DNA from: Eutreptiella sp. 'Long Island Sound 2002'
Taxonomy: Eukaryota > Protista > Euglenida
Assembly: GCA_964036045.1 (NCBI GenBank)
Contig: OZ038378.1
Span: 20,212,001 to 20,276,000, forward strand
Length of the DNA stretch: 64,000 bases
Reading direction: 5' to 3'
Shown piece by piece: positions 12,501 through 64,000 of the stretch; the first letter of the stretch is position 1; each line of letters opens with the position of its first letter. The notes beneath the pieces are model-generated. The model was not told where the DNA came from. It saw only the letters and a program-made list of their open reading frames with translations, and made no database searches. Both the position numbers and the translations under genes were made by a program.

Positions 12501-12650
12501 GCAATGCACAGGTTGTTGTGAGCCCATCGCACAGTTGTGAGATGACGAAGAGGGCAACGAGCAGTAGGTGTCGTACCTTTCACTGCTGTGGTACATCTTT
12601 GGCGGCCAGATTCTCTGATTCCTTGTCATAAACCCAACTGTGCACATTGT

Positions 12651-12920
12651 GCAAAGCACAGGTTAACATGAAGTTCAGAGCTAGTGGACGCAACTGCAAA
12701 GCAGTATGTATTGTACCTTGTGGCGGACTGACTCGCCCATTAACTGCCCATTCTCTCAGTGTCGTGATTCTCTGTCCAGAGCCCAACCCGGCGGGCGCGC
12801 TCCGCCAAACAAGCAAAGCACAGGTTAACGCGCGCTTGACAGCTGGTGGACACAACTGCGAAGCAGTATCTTATGTACTTTGTGGTAAATGCATAGCGGA
12901 CTGACTCGCCCATTCACTGC
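12651..12920. repeat. Degenerate tandem duplication, period about 162-173 bp
   Basis: GCAAAGCACAGGTTAAC at 12651 and 12813; GGACTGACTCGCCCATT at about 12725 and 12898. Confidence 0.8.
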
Positions 12921-14589
12921 CAGGTCTTGGCCTGGCCAGCCACAAAAGGCGCCGTTCAGTGCAAAAAAATTCACTGCCAGGTCTCTCATTTTCGGCTTCA
13001 ACCCCTGAATTCATCTTGCACTAGTGTTGGATGCGCTACTTCGGTCGTTGTGTGTGCTTCTATTGTGGTGAGCGGCTTGTATTGGCTGTCCATGCGTTGC
13101 TGCAGTGCAGGCAGGTGTCAAAGTCAGGCAATTTGCGGCAAAACGGATTCCAGTGCAGCATGGTTCACGGGTGCCTTTTATCAATTTCTGCACTCCATTT
13201 TTGCTTTTCTCTGCACTATTTCTGTGCAGATGTTGCCCCTTACCACAGTTGGGCATGAAATCAGCCCATGTTACTTTTTGTGTCCCACACAATGCAAGGT
13301 GGAAAGTGAGGGACGCAAGCCCCAAGCAGAGCATTGCGCGAAAGTGGGGTGGGGGATTGGACAACAGGGAAGGACCACCAAAGCTGGCTATTTTCTAAAC
13401 AGCTGAGAGCATCACCAAGTGAACCAGTACCTGAACTCAAGTAACATCAGAGCCGTCCCAGCAACTCTGATGAATATTCCGCACATTACTCAAGCTCCCA
13501 GAATCGGCAACACCACAAATCTGGGCTTTAGCACCACCCAACGCACTGTCCATCAAACCACCTGTTGCAGAAGGTAATCAAACAGCTGCAATGTGTGCTG
13601 AGGAGTGCCTGCTTTAAGCCATTTTGACACCGACAGTTTTCAAAAGGTGAGCACAAGAAGGTGTTTGGAGGCATTCTTCTAGAAGTAAGGCTGAACAATC
13701 AGGATCTGCAAAGACCATCAACCCACGTTAATGGCATTAGGGTCAGTCCATCCTCTGCTCAAATTCCAAGAGGCCACATTACTCGAAATGGGTGGTGGTT
13801 TCCCATGGAAACAGAGTTAAAAGGTTAAACAAAGTTAAAACACCTCACCATGGCAATGTCAAGTCGGTTGACAACAGAGAAAGATGAGTCCTTGAGCAAA
13901 ACTTTTCGGAAGCAAGGCAGGGGGGGTGGGCGTGCAATATCAAGGAGGGATGCTGGTACAAAAGAAAAATACGAAAGAAAGGGAGGGAGGTTAGGGGGTC
14001 AGGGCTGGCCTGCAGCCTGCTCTATCCCACGCCCTGCCTCTCTGTGTATCGTGACACAACGGAAGGACCTGGCCCCCGAGGTCACGTCCGATCATCGGAG
14101 GCACACCCATGACCCGCCTGCGGGCCTGAAGCCCCTGGCCGCCCTGGGAGAGGGGTCCTCCACCTGCAAAGCCAATGCCCAGCAGGCGTCCTCTGTGGGA
14201 CGGCTGTGAGGCCGCTCTCAGTGTGCAACCACGCGCACCTGCATGGTGTTGTGAGCAGCAGTGCCTCACCCCCGTGTGCTTGGTGCAGCCCGGGCATGCA
14301 GGGGCAGCATGTTCATCACATACCTTCAGCATGGGGCGCCATCTGCACACTCCACTGTTGCCCCCGCCCCTCAAGGGGACACCGTCCTGCAGCTGCTGGC
14401 CGACACCAAAGCCCTTGTCCACCACAGGCTCTCATGATGAGGGAATCACTACTGCCATGTGCCGACATGTTGAGTCAGGTGCTCTCACCAAAGACAAGCC
14501 CAGTGGGTTTGTGTGGATCCCTTCACCTTGACATGGTCAAGGGACTGCTTCACACGGACAAAAAAATGGTCAAAATCCACCTGTTATGA

Positions 14590-15900
14590 GGAAAGCATAG
14601 GTCGCATGCCGAAAAAACCTGCAACCCGCGTACTTTTTTTCTTTTGGTGTCAGTTGCGTGCACTGTTTTCTTTGGTGTAGGTCGTGTATGGAATAAAGTG
14701 CCAAAATTTTTTGAGCAAATCGCATGCATTGTTTTGGGGAGGTGCAAACCGCATATCATCATCTATGGTGGGATCAAAGCAGGCGGCCTTGCCTTAGTGC
14801 AGGGTGGGATGGGAGGCATCACCATTGTCCTTTTCCTTCACCGCCCGCCCAAATGGGGGCTGAGTCCTCGGGCTTGTGAGGCTGGTGAGGGAGGAGATCC
14901 TCCAGTATTCGGCTCTGAAGCGGGGGTGGGTGCAACATGCTCCTTGAGCTCTAAAAGAGGATCCTCACCTTCAATAACGAGGGGAGGGGGCGAAGTAGAT
15001 GAGGATGGGTCCTTGGAGTTGGAGGCTGGTGAGATAGGAGATTCTCCAATTTTCAGCTCCAAGGAGGGGGGACAGGTGCATTCTTCTCCTTGGGATCCTC
15101 ACCTTCAACAACAGAGGGCGAAGTAGATCGGGGGGGGGGGGGGGGGCTTGGGCGCTAGTGCGAGAGGAGATTCTCCATCTTTCTAGCAAATCACGTCCTC
15201 ATCCCATCCATTTTCCAGGATAGCACTTGGGAGTCGGACAGAGCAATCCGCATGGATGATGCCCATAGCTTCTCGGATGGACCCTTCCCAAGTGTGGGCT
15301 AGGCCCCCAAAACGGCATGGGACATGTAATCACTTTGATTGTATCCCCCTTTTGGGGGGGTTCCCCGGGACGGCAAGGGTTATGTTGCCGTATGGGGAAC
15401 CCTTGGGGACCCCCAAAAAGGGGGAATAAAATAAAAATGGCCACATGCCGTCTTGAACCCTTATTGTCTTGGGGTCCCGCCAAAAGGGGGATAAAGTCAC
15501 ATTGGCTACAAAACCCATGCGTCTTGGGGTACCCAGAGCGGGGAGGGATCGAAGTGGCTGCATAGCCCTCTAACAAGAGAGCTTGGCCACGTTCATCCTC
15601 GTTTCTTCCTTTTTGGTTGCATGCACTTTTTTTTAATGTAGCTCACAAAAAAAAAGCGGAAATCGCGCACTTTTTTTTGGTGTAGGCCGCATGCATTTTT
15701 TTGGTTTTGATGAAGGTTGTGTCGGGAAAAAAAAACATAAACAGCGTATTCTTTTATGCCACAGGTTGCGTACCTACATCATTTTTCAATTTTTTGACTT
15801 ACACCAACCAGAAAAAGTGCACACAACCTACAGCAAAAAAAAATACGCAATTTAGGGCAGACGCACAAGTTACCTTGTGCAACAAAAGCATTATCAAAAA
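14590..15900. mobile_element. AT-rich MITE-like element split by an inserted retroelement-like fragment
   Basis: 14590-14765 and 15600-15900 share T/A-run motifs (TTTGGTGTAGG.CG, CGCATGCATT). They flank a GC-richer insert at about 14780-15590. Confidence 0.4.
14800..15590 (-). mobile_element. Retroelement-like fragment with an internal ~120-bp repeat and GGGGACCCCC terminal-type motifs
   Basis: ATCTACTTCGCCC..TTGAAGGTGAGGATCC occurs twice on the minus strand, encoding Pro/Ser/Glu-rich peptide. GGGGACCCCCAAAAAGGGGG-type motifs are shared with 26510-26790 and 32795-32830. Confidence 0.4.
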
Positions 15901-16584
15901 GCGTCATGGAGATGTTTGCGAAGCGGCAGCGTCAGACCCAAGTGAATCGGTGGCACTGGCCCTCATGATCAAATACACCGCAAATTAATACGGTGCCCAC
16001 ACCTCCTATACCTCAGACAAGAAGCGTATGCGGGTGGCTCAACCGACAATTGCCCAGCACCCAGACTCACCGATGAAGAGATTGGCCATACAAACGCTAC
16101 AACATCCCCCAAAAGTGCCAATGCTCAATCAATCTGCAATCTGTGCTTGTAGACATTGCAATGCAAACCCGAAACCCTGGCTTCTCGATGCATCACTTCA
16201 TTCCGACGCAAATGCAAAGCGTCTACTCTACGGATCATTTGCTTGGCCATCAGGGGGGTCATTCTGGGGCCTGGCTGGCTGATCCCGGTCGACCCACCCA
16301 CCTACGAACATCAGAAAAGCAGAGGGGAAAGTACGCAATGCCATGACCTGCCTTTCAATACACCGGAGGCCTGCCGGGTTGAGAGGGGGATCTGCCTGTA
16401 CACCTCCAATGGCATGGTCCCCTGCAGCTGCACACGGCCCAATCATTCCATGCTCTCACAGAACGGCAGGGCATGGGTTTCCAAACGCCCAGACAGTGCT
16501 CCGCCTCGGGACGCCTGGTGAATCCTCCGAAACGATGCGGCAGGGTTGCACCGTCTCGCGCAAGACCTCGATGCACAACACGCC

Positions 16585-61534
<44,950 letters not shown>

Positions 61535-61828
61535 TGCTAGACATTAGAGCGAGAAGTGCGTCAGCAAAGTCGGGGTCAAGAAACACACAAAAACCAAGTA
61601 GACAACGTTCCTACGCCTCCACTTGTCGAACCGATGCAGTACTCCACGCTTCCAGCGAGCCACACTTCGTGCTCAGGTCGTTTTTCGAAAATGCAGATTC
61701 AGGAAAATGTGGCATAGCTATTACATAATCGCGGTCACTTCCCCTGGTTTTGCGGACCATTTTACAAGATCGTGGCAATATTAGACCGGCATTATTGTAA
61801 AAGCTCTTGAGGTGCCATCACAAACACT

Positions 61829-62053
61829 ATGCGAAAGCGCACCTTACGTCTATTAGTGCTGTCCCCAACCCAGCCCCCAACCCAGCGATTGAAAGTGAAA
61901 TCCGGGGCAGAAAATAGCGAAGACAACCACACCCCCATGCGGGCTGCCTTGAAGAGTTGGCTTTCACTGCGACGTAGAATACTCTTAATGTCATACTGCA
62001 GCAGTCCGCATTTGACTTTTCAGGGGACAGACCACGATGAAGCGAAGCAAAAC
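61829..62053 (+). CDS. Possible first exon of a divergent gene
   Basis: ATG-initiated 82-codon ORF with a GTAGGC donor at 62054. No recognisable domain. Confidence 0.3.
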
Positions 62054-62981
62054 GTAGGCGCAAGATTAGCAATGTAAATGGTCAACCGGCCATGACCTGG
62101 GGAGTGGGACTTTCTGGATGCAAGGATATCGTATCATATAGCTCCTGCCGACTTCACTCCCATCCTCCATCTTGATTTTCATTTCACGTGTATTAATCAA
62201 AGCAAAACGCGATGGCAGTACCAGCGCGCGTCGCCTGTGCTCAATTTATCCTAATGCCCATGAACCTGAATGGCAGCATGGAAAGAAAGTGGAGCCAACA
62301 GCACAGATGGGAGGAATTCCATCCATCAGCAGGGTTTAATTTCCATTTCAATGTCAGTTAAACCACGACCAAACAACACCCAACCCATGTTGCGCCACGA
62401 TTGCGCTATCTCTAGGTGGCGGCTGCTTCCCGCACCCACTCTCCAAGAGAGCCTGTGTCAGGTGTCCCTGGGCATTGTTGCATGGCTGTAGACTAGGTCT
62501 GCCACAACAGTCCCATCACCTATGTGGAGATTGCTGCCAAAGGGCCTATCCCTCCCCGTGTTGATGAACTTTTGTGGCCTACTACTACTAACACGATACC
62601 CCCTCCCGACACACACACATTTGCAAAACACAGCACAAGATGGGCTGAGTGAAATTCCTCGTCAGTTGGTCATCAAAAAAGACAGAGCATGTTCAACGCC
62701 AATAGGCGCCTTTCTATGGGTACCAGGCAAGCAGTGTCCAGCTGGCCGATCAGAAAGCATGTCACAAGTCAGAACTCATCGCGTGTCATGTACATTCCAT
62801 CTCAGAACCGCATGCCAGGCAACTGTGACGCTGAAACATCGGTTGTCAGCCCAAGAATTACTTAACAGGCATCCTGTGTCTGAACCATCCCAGTCACACG
62901 CCGTGTCGCGCATGTCACATTGTCTCAGCAGCATTCTACAGACCAACACTTGTATGCACGATACCTCAGTGGTTCACAGCC

Positions 62982-62982
<1 letters not shown>

Positions 62983-63025
<43 letters not shown>
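62983..63025. repeat. (GA)n microsatellite
   Basis: Directly visible. Confidence 0.95.
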
Positions 63026-63029
<4 letters not shown>

Positions 63030-63517
63030 CGCAAGCCACTTGGCCCCACGAAGGTCACACTCCACAGATGCATCCTTGTATGCATCTGCACCAATGTTCA
63101 GCAGTTCAATCACAACCGTTTTTGTCAACTTGAGTCTCTACAGGACAAACGGATCGGTGCCTTTTGTAGTCAAAGTATAACTCGTCTTGCCAAGGTTGAT
63201 ACCAGTTGATCAAAGGAGGTACGTTTGTCCCAAGGGGAGGAGTTCAGAGGAGGATGGTGATGGAAAGGAGGTAATGTGTGACTATTTCATAACTCAGAAA
63301 TTAGAAGAATAGACAGGGCCTCCTGCGTGCATGTGCCAGGTGGCACTGGGCAGCAAGCAACTGCCCCCTTTCACGCCCTCCTCTTTGCCCGCACCCCCAG
63401 CAATCCACATGTGGGCAAGGGGCGACAGTGTGGTTTTGTTCAGCCAAAGTCCACTTTGCAAAGCCTGAGGGGGCCTAGGCCACAGATCCTCACTTTGGAC
63501 AAGCTGCGTGTTGTTAG

Positions 63518-63718
63518 GGTGTGCATACCACTATGACGTGGCATCTTTGGCCCATCTGCCACAAATGGTCAACTACCTGATGGATGCCCTCACCACCCGC
63601 GTGGTGCAAGCACTTGCTCATCTCCACGTGTCCCATGGTGCATCCTTCAAAGGTGACACCACTATGGCCGAAGTGTTGGCTTTTACCTATGTATTCCTGT
63701 ACATGTTTGTTCATTTTG
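63518..63718 (+). CDS. Probable internal exon of a plus-strand gene (VASLAHLPQMVNYLMDALTTRVVQALAHL..)
   Basis: Bounded by GTTAG and GTAATG; 201 nt of helical, protein-like sequence. Confidence 0.5.
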
Positions 63719-64000
63719 GTAATGTTCGCTACGTTGTGCTGACAAGGGCACCCCGGGGGGTTAAACAGCTTTCGCCACAATCACTGGCATTGATGTTGCT
63801 TGGGTGTTGCATCCGACGCTTGGGTATTGCATATGAGGCTTGGGGTCGCAGGCAAAAACTTGGTCCTCCCTGAAGTATCACAAAAGGGCCCTCTGCTGGC
63901 GCCTTTGTCGGCACTTTGTCCCATCCTCTTACCTGGCCTTCGCAGACACTTTTGTGTGCACCTGACCCTACTCCTCACTTTGCAGGCACTTTTGTGGGCA

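Overview
Eukaryotic genomic DNA, most likely from a euglenid. This is an inference from a 15-nt match to the euglenid spliced leader, GTGCG/GTGTG-type donors and poly-G/poly-C-rich introns. Bases 1-9370 are a tandem array of about 13 copies of a 730-bp unit, with two near-invariant hairpins and higher-order structure. Bases 9.4-16.5 kb hold transposon debris, including a decayed Ty3/Gypsy RT and hAT-like ends. Bases 16.6-61.5 kb on the minus strand carry a chain of GT-AG exons that appear to form one very large protein: a long alpha-helical ARM/HEAT-like solenoid, then B-box-like zinc finger, coiled coil, Pro/Ser linker and a delta-COP-like mu-homology domain with a second partial one. Its introns contain microsatellites, hairpin minisatellites, LINE-like, gag, DIRS-type methyltransferase and P-like transposase relics. 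A probable divergent plus-strand gene begins at about 61.8 kb. Most short ORFs in the supplied track are spurious (repeat-derived or antisense). All exon boundaries were read by eye and all family assignments are from motif recognition; no searches were run.
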